Part shown: positions 1 to 9,474 of the stretch, one piece after another | How positions within the stretch are numbered: position 1 is the stretch's first letter | Layout: every line of letters begins with the position of its first letter | Assembly (NCBI GenBank): GCA_963837175.1 | Contig: CAWIMJ010000025.1 | Location: 32,001-96,000 of the forward strand | DNA: 64,000 nt | Direction of reading: 5' to 3' | DNA from: an uncultured Nitrososphaeraceae archaeon | GTDB lineage: Archaea > Thermoproteota > Nitrososphaeria > Nitrososphaerales > Nitrososphaeraceae | Position numbers and translations under genes: made by a program | Notes under the pieces: generated by a model | The model's database searches: none | Told to the model about the DNA's origin: nothing | The model's input: the letters and a program-made list of their open reading frames with translations, nothing else

Positions 1-462
1 GTCTCTAAATAAATTTTACCTGACGAAGCATAACTACATAATATATATTATGAGCAGAAGAAATTGCATAATGTAAATATCTATAATAATATTTAGCAGT
101 TAGAAAGAAGGGATTCTGAATAATGAATGTATGTATGTATGTATATTACAATAAGGGATCAAATCTTATTCTAGATCAACTCAACCATTTTAATACTCAC
201 TTTCTTTGCAGCTAATTCTTGCACCGAGTAAAAGAAAAAGGCCATGATGAAAGAGTTATGAAAAAGTTAGAGACGTAATAATTAAGATTTATTATTGTAT
301 CTTCATTCTGTTTTTCCATTGGTCATTATGTATTTCATAATGGGATTGCTAACATTTTTTGATTTTCTATAATAAAGACATTTTTCTATTATCCTCTCTC
401 TTGCAAATACACAAAGTCTACAAGGATAATGATATTATATTTATTTAAAGACGTACATTGAC

Positions 463-684
463 ATGACTAGGAAATGTTCTGCTTGTTCACGGAGAGTATC
501 AATAGAAAAATATTGTATATATCATGGCCAAGCCTTTGAAAAGCTGAAAGAGCATTATGACATATGGGTAAAAGCATATGGAAGTATATCATTCTGTGAG
601 TATCTGAATAAACTGGTCAAGATGAATGACACAGGCATTTGGGTAAAAGAAGTGATCATCGTTGAACTAAAAAATAATAAGTAA
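463..684 (+). CDS. small hypothetical protein with putative zinc-binding motif
   Basis: 73 aa with CxxC and YCxxH motifs; converges on the thermosome gene. Confidence 0.6.
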   Translation: MTRKCSACSRRVSIEKYCIYHGQAFEKLKEHYDIWVKAYGSISFCEYLNKLVKMNDTGIWVKEVIIVELKNNK

Positions 685-697
685 ACTATTATCTATA

Positions 698-2368
698 CTA
701 CATATCTCCCATTCCACCCATTCCACCCGGCGGCATTCCACCACCACCAGGCGGGCCTCCTGCTGATTTACCTGAGGCAATTACGTCGTCTATTCTTAGA
801 ATCATCGATGCAGCTTCTGTTGCAGATTTAATAACCTGCTCCTTGACCGAGAGTGGTTCTACAATATCTAATTTTGACATATCGATAATTCTAGCATTCC
901 GTGCATCAATTCCAGAGGTTTTGGAACCTTTGGTCTGCTTTGAACGTAATTCTGTCATAGCGTCGATGGGATCCATACCTGCGTTTTCCGCCAAAGTAAG
1001 TGGAATTACTTCTAATGCTTCGGCAAATTTTTCTGCGGCTAATTGTTCTCTACCGGAAAGTGTATTTGTCCAATCTCTTAATTTTCCTGCAGTATAGGAT
1101 TCAGGAGAACCTCCGCCTGCAACAATTGCAGGCTTTTCAAGTACATCCTTTGTAACCATAATAGCGTCATGAATTGAACGTTCAGCCTCATCAACTACTC
1201 TTTGAGAACCACCCCTTATAAGTATCGTTACTGCTTTTGGATGTTTGCACCCTTCTATGAATACCCATTTGTCTGTCTCAATTTTGCGTTCTTCTACTAG
1301 ATCAGCAGAACCCACATCTTTAGCTGAAAGATCATCCAAGTTATTTACTACTCGTGCGCCAGTAGCCCTTGCTAGTTTGGTCATATCACTTTCCTTGACC
1401 CTCCGTATTGCCATATTGTTGGCCTTTGCTAAATAGTGCTGCGCAATGTCATCAATACCCTTCTGGCATACCACTACATTAGCACCACTTGCTATAATCT
1501 TGTCAACCATACCCTTCAGCATCCTATTCTCTTCATCTAAAAACATTTTCATCTGATCAGGTGAATTGATGTTTATTTTAGCATCGAACTCTGTCTTTTC
1601 AATTTCAAGAGCTGAAGTAATAAGAGCGATTTTTGCTTTTTCTACTCTTTTTGGCATTCCTCCATGAACAACTTCTTTATCAAGAACAATGCCCTTGATT
1701 AATTTAGTATCTCTTAATGACCCTCCTGCCTTTTTGTCTACTTTAACATCATCAATATCTACTTTATAGCCGGAATCAGTTTTTTCGCTTATTTGCATCA
1801 TAGCATTAACAACAATTTGTGCAAGCTCATCTGCTTCCTTTGATACTAGCTTCGTTTGCATAGAGGTCTTTGCAACTCTGATTAATTGTTGTTTATCACT
1901 TCCATCAATCTTCTGGGCAAGAGTGTTAAGGATTTCGATAGCCTTGACAGCGCTCTTCCTATAACCGTCGACAATAATTGTGGGATGAACGTCCTTTCCA
2001 ATTAATTCTTCTGCTCTTTCAATCAGTGCTCCTGCAAGTATCACTACAGAAGTGGTTCCATCACCTACTTCATTATCTGTTGCCTTGCTGATTTCAACCA
2101 TCATCTTTGCTGCGGGATGCTGGACATCAATTTCCTTCAAAATTGTCGCACCGTCATTTGTAATTGTAACGTCGCCAAGACTATCTACCAACATTTTGTC
2201 CATACCTCGAGGTCCAAGTGAGCTCTTTACTACTTCGGATATCAATTTTGCAGCGGTTATGTTATTTTTTTGGGCGTCTCGACCTTTTGTCTGAGTTGCT
2301 CCTTCTTTCAATATTAATACTGGCATTCCGCCAGCTGATCCTTGTTGAATTGACATTTTTTCATTCAC
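698..2368 (-). CDS. ths: thermosome (group II chaperonin) subunit
   Basis: [19 protein letters not shown] and GDGTTS motifs; GGM-rich C-terminal tail. Confidence 0.97.
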   Translation of the reverse strand: MNEKMSIQQGSAGGMPVLILKEGATQTKGRDAQKNNITAAKLISEVVKSSLGPRGMDKMLVDSLGDVTITNDGATILKEIDVQHPAAKMMVEISKATDNEVGDGTTSVVILAGALIERAEELIGKDVHPTIIVDGYRKSAVKAIEILNTLAQKIDGSDKQQLIRVAKTSMQTKLVSKEADELAQIVVNAMMQISEKTDSGYKVDIDDVKVDKKAGGSLRDTKLIKGIVLDKEVVHGGMPKRVEKAKIALITSALEIEKTEFDAKININSPDQMKMFLDEENRMLKGMVDKIIASGANVVVCQKGIDDIAQHYLAKANNMAIRRVKESDMTKLARATGARVVNNLDDLSAKDVGSADLVEERKIETDKWVFIEGCKHPKAVTILIRGGSQRVVDEAERSIHDAIMVTKDVLEKPAIVAGGGSPESYTAGKLRDWTNTLSGREQLAAEKFAEALEVIPLTLAENAGMDPIDAMTELRSKQTKGSKTSGIDARNARIIDMSKLDIVEPLSVKEQVIKSATEAASMILRIDDVIASGKSAGGPPGGGGMPPGGMGGMGDM

Positions 2369-2553
2369 CTTAAAATTATGAGATAACTGACGTAATTTGG
2401 GATATTTTAAACTTACTGCTTGCTAACCTTATCAACTTTTATTAATGCTGCCGTTAAGCGCTTCTTGACACTAAAGTATATAATCATGTTTGATCTCTTT
2501 ACATTTTAGTACAAAGTTATTATGTTTTTCAACTAAAACAAATAAAAAAATGG

Positions 2554-3036
2554 TTATTTGAATAATTCGTCATACTTTCCTGCAGATATATCAGCGAAAA
2601 CTTCCTTTGCAGGCTTCTCTTCAACTTTTACTCCACTACTTACGCAAGAACCGATCACTTCCTTTACTGCATTCTTTAGATCCTTAGAATAGGAACTATC
2701 AGCTTTCATCTTAGCAATTTTAATAGCACTCGCCATAGTTATATTTCCAGCAAAGTTTGTGCCAGCAGTACCTGATCCTTTTGTGATACCAGCCTCTTTG
2801 GAAACCAGAGCAGTAGTAGGAGGAATTCCTACTTCCACTGTAAATTTCTTAGTTTGAGAATCAACTTCGACTTTTACAGGAACTTTCATCCCTGGAAAAT
2901 CCTTAGTTTTGTCGTTAATCATATTTACTACCTGGAGTACATTTACTCCTATTGGACCTAATGCTGGTCCAAGAGGTGGGCCCGCATTGGCCTCGCCACC
3001 ACTAACTAGAGCTGAAACCGACTTCTTATCACCCAT
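2554..3036 (-). CDS. rpl11: 50S ribosomal protein L11
   Basis: GGEANAGPPLGPALGP motif; VGIPPTTAL. Confidence 0.97.
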   Translation of the reverse strand: MGDKKSVSALVSGGEANAGPPLGPALGPIGVNVLQVVNMINDKTKDFPGMKVPVKVEVDSQTKKFTVEVGIPPTTALVSKEAGITKGSGTAGTNFAGNITMASAIKIAKMKADSSYSKDLKNAVKEVIGSCVSSGVKVEEKPAKEVFADISAGKYDELFK

Positions 3037-3376
3037 GTATAAGACTAGCCTTAAACCAGAATATAAACCCCGTCATTATATCTAAAATATACTTAAATTC
3101 TTATTTATTTGCTTCAAAAATCTAGAAAGACTATTTTATTATAATCCTAAAAAAATAGAGTATTGTTCAATATCTCCTCTTTCTTATAATGTGAAAGTTC
3201 AATTGCCATAATTTGTGCTTTGAGTTTGAGATTACAAATACTAATCACAGCATTGCACTAACAATTTCCAATTCCGTTCTGCTGACATGTATATTTCACT
3301 GTATATTTCAGTGATAACTCGTTCATCAAGAAATTAATTATTTTTAGGTTGTAAAATTATATACTAAATAAATTAA

Positions 3377-3547
3377 ATGAAAAAAATGGGATTTCTAAAA
3401 GAACTAAAAAGAGAAATAATCTTCTTTCTAACCTTGGATGAAAGGGTATTTTTATCGAAAAAGGAAGCAAAACGACCTAAACAGATACCTTTACGTGATT
3501 ATATTGCTGAGGTGAATAATATGTCCAAAAATACTATAAGGGGCTAA
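3377..3547 (+). CDS. small hypothetical ORF (56 aa, below track cutoff)
   Basis: Read by hand: ATG..TAA, MKKMGFLKELKREIIFFLTLDERVFLSKKEAKRPKQIPLRDYIAEVNNMSKNTIRG; no motif recognised. Confidence 0.3.
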   Translation: MKKMGFLKELKREIIFFLTLDERVFLSKKEAKRPKQIPLRDYIAEVNNMSKNTIRG

Positions 3548-4158
3548 TAATGGCATAAATAATATTATGCGAAGGTTTACAACTGAAACAGGTATTGATA
3601 GTTCCAGATTCCACTCTATCTAACACTAATTTCAAAGCCTCTCTCGTACATAGAAATTACTTTTTATGATCATATCCATAACTTCATCCCATCATTAGAT
3701 GTCAATCCATTCATCTCTTTTGGTTCACCATCTAAGTCTACATTATTTTTAACACAATAATTCTTCATAACTTCATAATTTCGTCCTACATTATTGATAT
3801 ACGGAGGTGTTTTTGTGATATATCTCCTGCTCTAGGTAAAACTTTGTCTAAAACTGAATGTGAAACATCTTCAGCGTTGTAATTCTATCCAAATCATTTA
3901 GCAAATTCTGTTACAATCACCTTTTCAACACTCTTGCTTGAACCCTTCATCAGCACCGTTAGTTTTGGTTTTAGTTTGAACCATATTTTATCCATCAAGA
4001 ATAGTGCATGCAAATATCTAGTTAATTGGAAGGAAGGAATATAATATGAATGGCCAAAAATACATCTACAATGTTATAGATATAGAGAAGCAAGTTTCAT
4101 TTATTGTAATATTCATCCTTAACAAATGCAACCGATAACATTCAGTTAACCTGTACTT

Positions 4159-4803
4159 TTATTGCATCAACTTTTTCAAATAATTTGCATCCACTGTTAC
4201 AGGTATTTGATATGGAGAATCAAGAAGTACTACCGTCGCTTCTTGCTTTTCATAATCAACTCTTGTGATTTTTGCTTTCATAGCCTTAAATGGACCAGCA
4301 ATAACTTCCACCGTATCATCTATATTGAGATCGGAAACAACCGGCTTTTTCACAAGATATCCTTCAATATCTTTGAACGGTAACTCTCCACGAATTTGAC
4401 CTCTGACGTGGCGAACCCCATGCAATGCTTCAAAGGCAACATTTGAATCTGGAGCCTCAACAATGATATAACCTTTGAAGTTGTCAAGCAAAAGAATTGA
4501 AAGAATTTTGATTTTTTTTGTGTTAATCTTATTTTGCAAAATATTTGCAACTACTTGTTCCTGGCCACCAGTTATTCTAATGGCATAGAATTTTGAATCT
4601 AAAGCAGGTTTTGATTCTTGTTGTTGTTGAATGATATTAGAGGGAATTTGAGAAGAGCTAACATTATGAAATTGGGAGTCAGGTTTGTCTTCCCCTACGG
4701 CATCATCAAATGTAACAGATTCTTCACTAAAGGAATCTTTATTATCAAAAATATCATTAACATCGGAAAGATTATCTTCATTTTCTTTGATACTGTTGGT
4801 CAT
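4159..4803 (-). CDS. spt5: transcription elongation factor Spt5 (NusG family) with acidic N-terminal extension
   Basis: NGN domain (YAIRITGGQE, KGYIIVEA) and KOW motif (VEVIAGPFKAMKAKI). Confidence 0.96.
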   Translation of the reverse strand: MTNSIKENEDNLSDVNDIFDNKDSFSEESVTFDDAVGEDKPDSQFHNVSSSQIPSNIIQQQQESKPALDSKFYAIRITGGQEQVVANILQNKINTKKIKILSILLLDNFKGYIIVEAPDSNVAFEALHGVRHVRGQIRGELPFKDIEGYLVKKPVVSDLNIDDTVEVIAGPFKAMKAKITRVDYEKQEATVVLLDSPYQIPVTVDANYLKKLMQ

Positions 4804-5246
4804 CTTTTAAATTCAATAAACGATAGTTTAATGCATTTTATAAATTTATTCAGATTAACAATCAACAAAACCGCCCGATAATATATGAACAGTAGTCCAG
4901 TGTAGCAATTGTGTAAAATCATCCAACTGTAACTTGTGGAGCGCTAAGCTATAATATTTCTGCTTCTAATGTAATCGCCTAACTCTTGTAATTTTATATT
5001 ACAGAAAAATATACAATTGAAACTATTTTTATTAATTTAAAAATTATGCATTTTTATTCATGTATATTTATATTTATAAATATGAATTAACAGATAAAAA
5101 TACTCGTTAAAATTAGCGTTGTCTATGAGCTAACGTGCTCTAGAGGTCATGGTATAAATTAGCCATGATTAGCTTAGGGAAGCACTTTGTAGAGATAGAC
5201 TATATTTTCTAAAATTATCAACTTATTTAATCCATAAAACAACTAT

Positions 5247-5828
5247 ATGATTATGACAGATGATGAGAATAATAAAGATGAAATAGGAAATGATACTTCC
5301 AATATTAGTGTACATCAAGAACAAGAACAGATGACTAAACTATTCGATAGTTGGTCTGAATTGATTAAGATGCCTACTATTGGTGCATTCCCTGCTTTTT
5401 CCCAAGAGTTTAGATCGTATTCTCAGGATCTCTTGAGAATGAGTCAAACTCTATACAATGCACAAACTAATCTTAGCGATTACTGGAAACAAATGAATAT
5501 GGCATATGTACTTGCAACCAAAGAAGTATCTGAGAGAGCACCCAAACAACTCAGGTCAAAAGAGGATTTTGATGAGTATAGAAAAATTATAATAAATGCA
5601 TTTGAAGATGCTTTTACGGGTTTATTTAATTCAAAAGAATTTTCAGTAACTTATGGAAAGGTATCAAGTGATCTGCTTGACCTCTTCAAACAGATGCAGA
5701 AGTTTGCAGAAAAGAATTTGAAGGTTTTAAATCTCCCCACAAGGGAAGAAATGGATGAAATATTAAAAGATATTCACGAAATGAAAAGAACAATCCATGA
5801 CATGAAAAGATCAGCCTATAAAGGATGA
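5247..5828 (+). CDS. phaE: poly(3-hydroxyalkanoate) synthase subunit PhaE-like protein
   Basis: C-terminal LNLPTREEMDEILKDIHEMKR resembles the PhaE signature; helical body. Confidence 0.75.
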   Translation: MIMTDDENNKDEIGNDTSNISVHQEQEQMTKLFDSWSELIKMPTIGAFPAFSQEFRSYSQDLLRMSQTLYNAQTNLSDYWKQMNMAYVLATKEVSERAPKQLRSKEDFDEYRKIIINAFEDAFTGLFNSKEFSVTYGKVSSDLLDLFKQMQKFAEKNLKVLNLPTREEMDEILKDIHEMKRTIHDMKRSAYKG

Positions 5829-6397
5829 TATTCTAAAGGTATTTACTTATTAATCAGTGATATGGTATCATAGGCAGTACTATCAATAAAAATTATATCA
5901 GTTATGATTAAATAGAAATTATAGTATAGTAGGAAAAGATCTTAACATAAGAGAATGACTCTAATTTAAATAATCAAAAACATATTGAAAATTTCTAAAT
6001 TTTCTTATTTCTCTCGCTTCACATAGAGAGTAATCCTCATTATCACATCATCAAAGCTTTAAGTAAAGTCCTTATATATTGTATATATATCCGTTCTTTT
6101 TCTTAACAGTGGCTCTATTCTTATAGGAAGAATAAAGTTGATCTGTTTATTGAGAAGATTCAGTCTAATACTGGCGATAAAAATCAAAGATACAAACAGG
6201 ACAAAAGTCTCCAAAAGGATAACAGAAAACTTCAGCGTATTCTGCATTTCTAATTATTGAAAGAATATCATTTCTAGGAGATATAAAAATGAACAATATA
6301 AATTAGTTATATGGGTCATTTAACTATTCTATTAATCAATCAGCATCTTCTGCAATAAGCGGATGCTATTCTAACACTAATTTTTACAACAACAAGA

Positions 6398-9300
6398 CTA
6401 CTCAATATATATTGCAGGTTTGAAAGGCCTAGAATATTTTGATTTTTCTTTAGGATCGTATTTTTGTGTATCATCTTCTGACTGGAGAATAATTTCTGCT
6501 CGTGGATTCCCACTTTCTATAGATAACAGCATTTTGGCATCTTTGAGGGGAAATATTTCATCAAAAACTGTCATATTTAATCGTCTATTCCTCACTTCGA
6601 GTGGGTCAGATAGGATGTCCCCTACTATATTTCGTATCAGCTTAGGATCGTTTTTGACCTTTGCTGTTTCTGGATCCTTTATTAGTTGTTTCATGATATC
6701 TCCAAAGTTAGTCTTGTTTTCTAACATTATAATGGAAAGAATTTTTTGATAAATTTTCTTTTTCCATTCAGCTGAAGTATAGATAGTAATTTTAGCTGGG
6801 GAGATCTTGGTTACTTTAAGAATATTCTGAAGATCAGATATAAGATTGATAATTAGTTGTTCCGATTCCTCTGCTACCAAGTCTCTTTTACCTTCGTCTA
6901 CCATAGGCCAGCCTGCAAAAATAATTGATTGAGACTTATCTCCTATTATCTGCCATACCTCTTCACTTATAAAAGGAGCAAATGGAGCAAGCATCCTGAT
7001 TCGACATTCAAGAAATATAGATAAAGTAACTGCAATGATTGAATCTTCTCGCTTTTTGGCAGTTATTCTTTTCTTGTACCATTGCAAATCTTGATCAAAC
7101 ATATAAAGTATATCATGCAACGCTCTTCGTACCCTTAATTTATCCATTGATTCTGTAATATCTTTGATATAAATCTGCAATCTGCTTACGAGCCATCGAT
7201 CTTCCATTTCCCTTTTTATTTCTGATATCTTTATTGAAGAAAAGAATGACGATCCAGATTTTGATTTAGCCTTTGAGTAGTTTATTGCCATGTTATAAAT
7301 ATCATCTAACTTTGACCGAATTCCTTTAATTGCATCAAATGAAAAATCTACATCTTGTAATAGTTCTGCTGAGCTCAACATTGCTAAACGAAGAGCATCG
7401 GCAGTATATTCTTTTATAGCAGCGCGCAGTGGGATAATGTTACCTAGAGATTTTGACATTTTCTTTCCTTCCATCAGGACAGAACCATTGACGACAATTT
7501 TTTTCGGCCAGTCATCTCTTTTAAAAATTGCCACGTGATTAAAAATAAAAAACGATAGATGATTTTGAACTAGATCTCTTCCTGAATGTCTTGCATCTAG
7601 AGGATAAAAATAGGAAAATTCATTCCGTATCTCCTCCAATAGCGATATAGAAATTTTGCACTCTGTAGCTACATGGGTAGCACTTTCATTTCCTAGGAAT
7701 ATATAATCAAAAAATGAATCATTTAGATTATCAACATCAATATCAGCAGTGGGATCTTTTATTAATTTACTATTTCTATCACCAATACAATTATTATTGG
7801 CATATTTTGCAAGTATATAGTAAGACATATAGATAACAGAATCGGAGAGACTTTCAATTATCCAATCCTGATCCATTGGTAATTTAGTACCCAGACCAGA
7901 TTTCCGTGCACATGCTCTTTCTCTTAGCCAGTCGATTACATAGTTAAATTCTTGTCTGATCTCTTCTGGAACGACATCCATTTTGTCAAGGCATTCATGT
8001 GCTAGGTTTTTCCATTTTTTATTACCATAATTTAAAAACCATTGATCATTCAATAAATAAACTACACATTCAGTACCGCATCTACATCTAACGGGCTTAT
8101 TTATTAGTTCAAACATTACATCAGCAGCGCCGCTTGAGATAATCTCATTTTTTATACTATTCTTTGCCACCGATACAGGCAGACCTACATACTTCTGAGT
8201 ATTCTCCAGCATTTTTCCTTTATAATATTCTTGTGAGTACAGCTCATTAGTAGCCTTTTCCAGTTCCGGATCATGTTGATCTTTAACTTTGTATTTCATC
8301 ATGATCCGCTCTGCTGGTGATATCAAACTGTTATTATTACTATCCTGTTGATAGTACTCCTCAGATCCGATTATCGTTATTGGTATTACCTCGACTTTTA
8401 AACCTACAAATTCTTTATGAAGTGCAACATTCTGTTTTAGATCTTCAATAGCTTGAAAATCATAGGGCGCATGTGCAGGAACAGACATTACAATTCCAGT
8501 ACCGTTATCAGGTTCAACAAATGATGCAGGATACAATGGGATTGAAACCTTTCTAATCGGATCCTCTACGCATTTGCCAACTATTTCTTTACCGTATATG
8601 GCTGACTCGGTTATAATTTTATGGTTCAAAAATTCCAGCTTTCGCGCAGCCTCCTTGCTAACTAGCCATCTCTCATTGTCAATATGTATCCTTACATATT
8701 CAACGTCTGGGTTAACCCATAAGTTAGTGACACCATAAATAGTTTCAGGTCGGAGGGTTGCAGTTGGAACTATATATCCATCATCTAGCCTAAATTTTAT
8801 TAGAGTATATTCAATAAAATCCGGTTCTACATCACCGATCGTATCGTGTTGGCTAACTGGATTTTGGTCTTTTGGACACCATCCGACTGGATGAGAACCT
8901 TGGACTATCAATCCTTTATTTCGCAGAGTATTAAATTGCCATGAAATGAACTTTGAATATAATTTATCTATTGTAGTAAATTCGCGTCTCCAATCTATTG
9001 AATAACCCATTTCTTTCATACCAAGTCTGATCTCATTATGGAAATAACTTGCGATTTTTACGGGTTCAATGAAGCTTTTTATTATGTCTTCTGCCACATG
9101 ATAAACGTTTTGAAATGTTTCAACCAGTTCTTTATCACCAGCTGCGATTCTTCGCGACATAGCTAGAATAGGTGTGCCGGTGTAATGAAAACCCATAGGA
9201 AATAATACATTGTATCCTTTCATCCTCTTATAACGAGCATGAGCATCCGCAAGTGTATATGTCCTTCCATGCCCTATATGTTGAGGGGAGTTTGGATAAG

Positions 9301-9466
9301 GATAGGCAACAGTTATGAAATATTTTTTCTTTGAAAAGTCACGATCAATATTAAAGATCTTTTGCTCATCCCATGTTCGACGCCACTTTTCTTCTATTAA
9401 ACTCCACTTTATCTTATTGTAATTGTGGTTGTTGTTGTTGCTGTAGATCTTATTGCTATAAATCAT
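6398..9466 (-). CDS. leuS: leucine--tRNA ligase (archaeal type)
   Basis: YPYPNSPQHIGH (HIGH), KMSKS, TLRPET and GTGIVMSVPAHAP. Confidence 0.97.
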   Translation of the reverse strand: MIYSNKIYSNNNNHNYNKIKWSLIEEKWRRTWDEQKIFNIDRDFSKKKYFITVAYPYPNSPQHIGHGRTYTLADAHARYKRMKGYNVLFPMGFHYTGTPILAMSRRIAAGDKELVETFQNVYHVAEDIIKSFIEPVKIASYFHNEIRLGMKEMGYSIDWRREFTTIDKLYSKFISWQFNTLRNKGLIVQGSHPVGWCPKDQNPVSQHDTIGDVEPDFIEYTLIKFRLDDGYIVPTATLRPETIYGVTNLWVNPDVEYVRIHIDNERWLVSKEAARKLEFLNHKIITESAIYGKEIVGKCVEDPIRKVSIPLYPASFVEPDNGTGIVMSVPAHAPYDFQAIEDLKQNVALHKEFVGLKVEVIPITIIGSEEYYQQDSNNNSLISPAERIMMKYKVKDQHDPELEKATNELYSQEYYKGKMLENTQKYVGLPVSVAKNSIKNEIISSGAADVMFELINKPVRCRCGTECVVYLLNDQWFLNYGNKKWKNLAHECLDKMDVVPEEIRQEFNYVIDWLRERACARKSGLGTKLPMDQDWIIESLSDSVIYMSYYILAKYANNNCIGDRNSKLIKDPTADIDVDNLNDSFFDYIFLGNESATHVATECKISISLLEEIRNEFSYFYPLDARHSGRDLVQNHLSFFIFNHVAIFKRDDWPKKIVVNGSVLMEGKKMSKSLGNIIPLRAAIKEYTADALRLAMLSSAELLQDVDFSFDAIKGIRSKLDDIYNMAINYSKAKSKSGSSFFSSIKISEIKREMEDRWLVSRLQIYIKDITESMDKLRVRRALHDILYMFDQDLQWYKKRITAKKREDSIIAVTLSIFLECRIRMLAPFAPFISEEVWQIIGDKSQSIIFAGWPMVDEGKRDLVAEESEQLIINLISDLQNILKVTKISPAKITIYTSAEWKKKIYQKILSIIMLENKTNFGDIMKQLIKDPETAKVKNDPKLIRNIVGDILSDPLEVRNRRLNMTVFDEIFPLKDAKMLLSIESGNPRAEIILQSEDDTQKYDPKEKSKYSRPFKPAIYIE

Positions 9467-9474
9467 GTTTAGTA

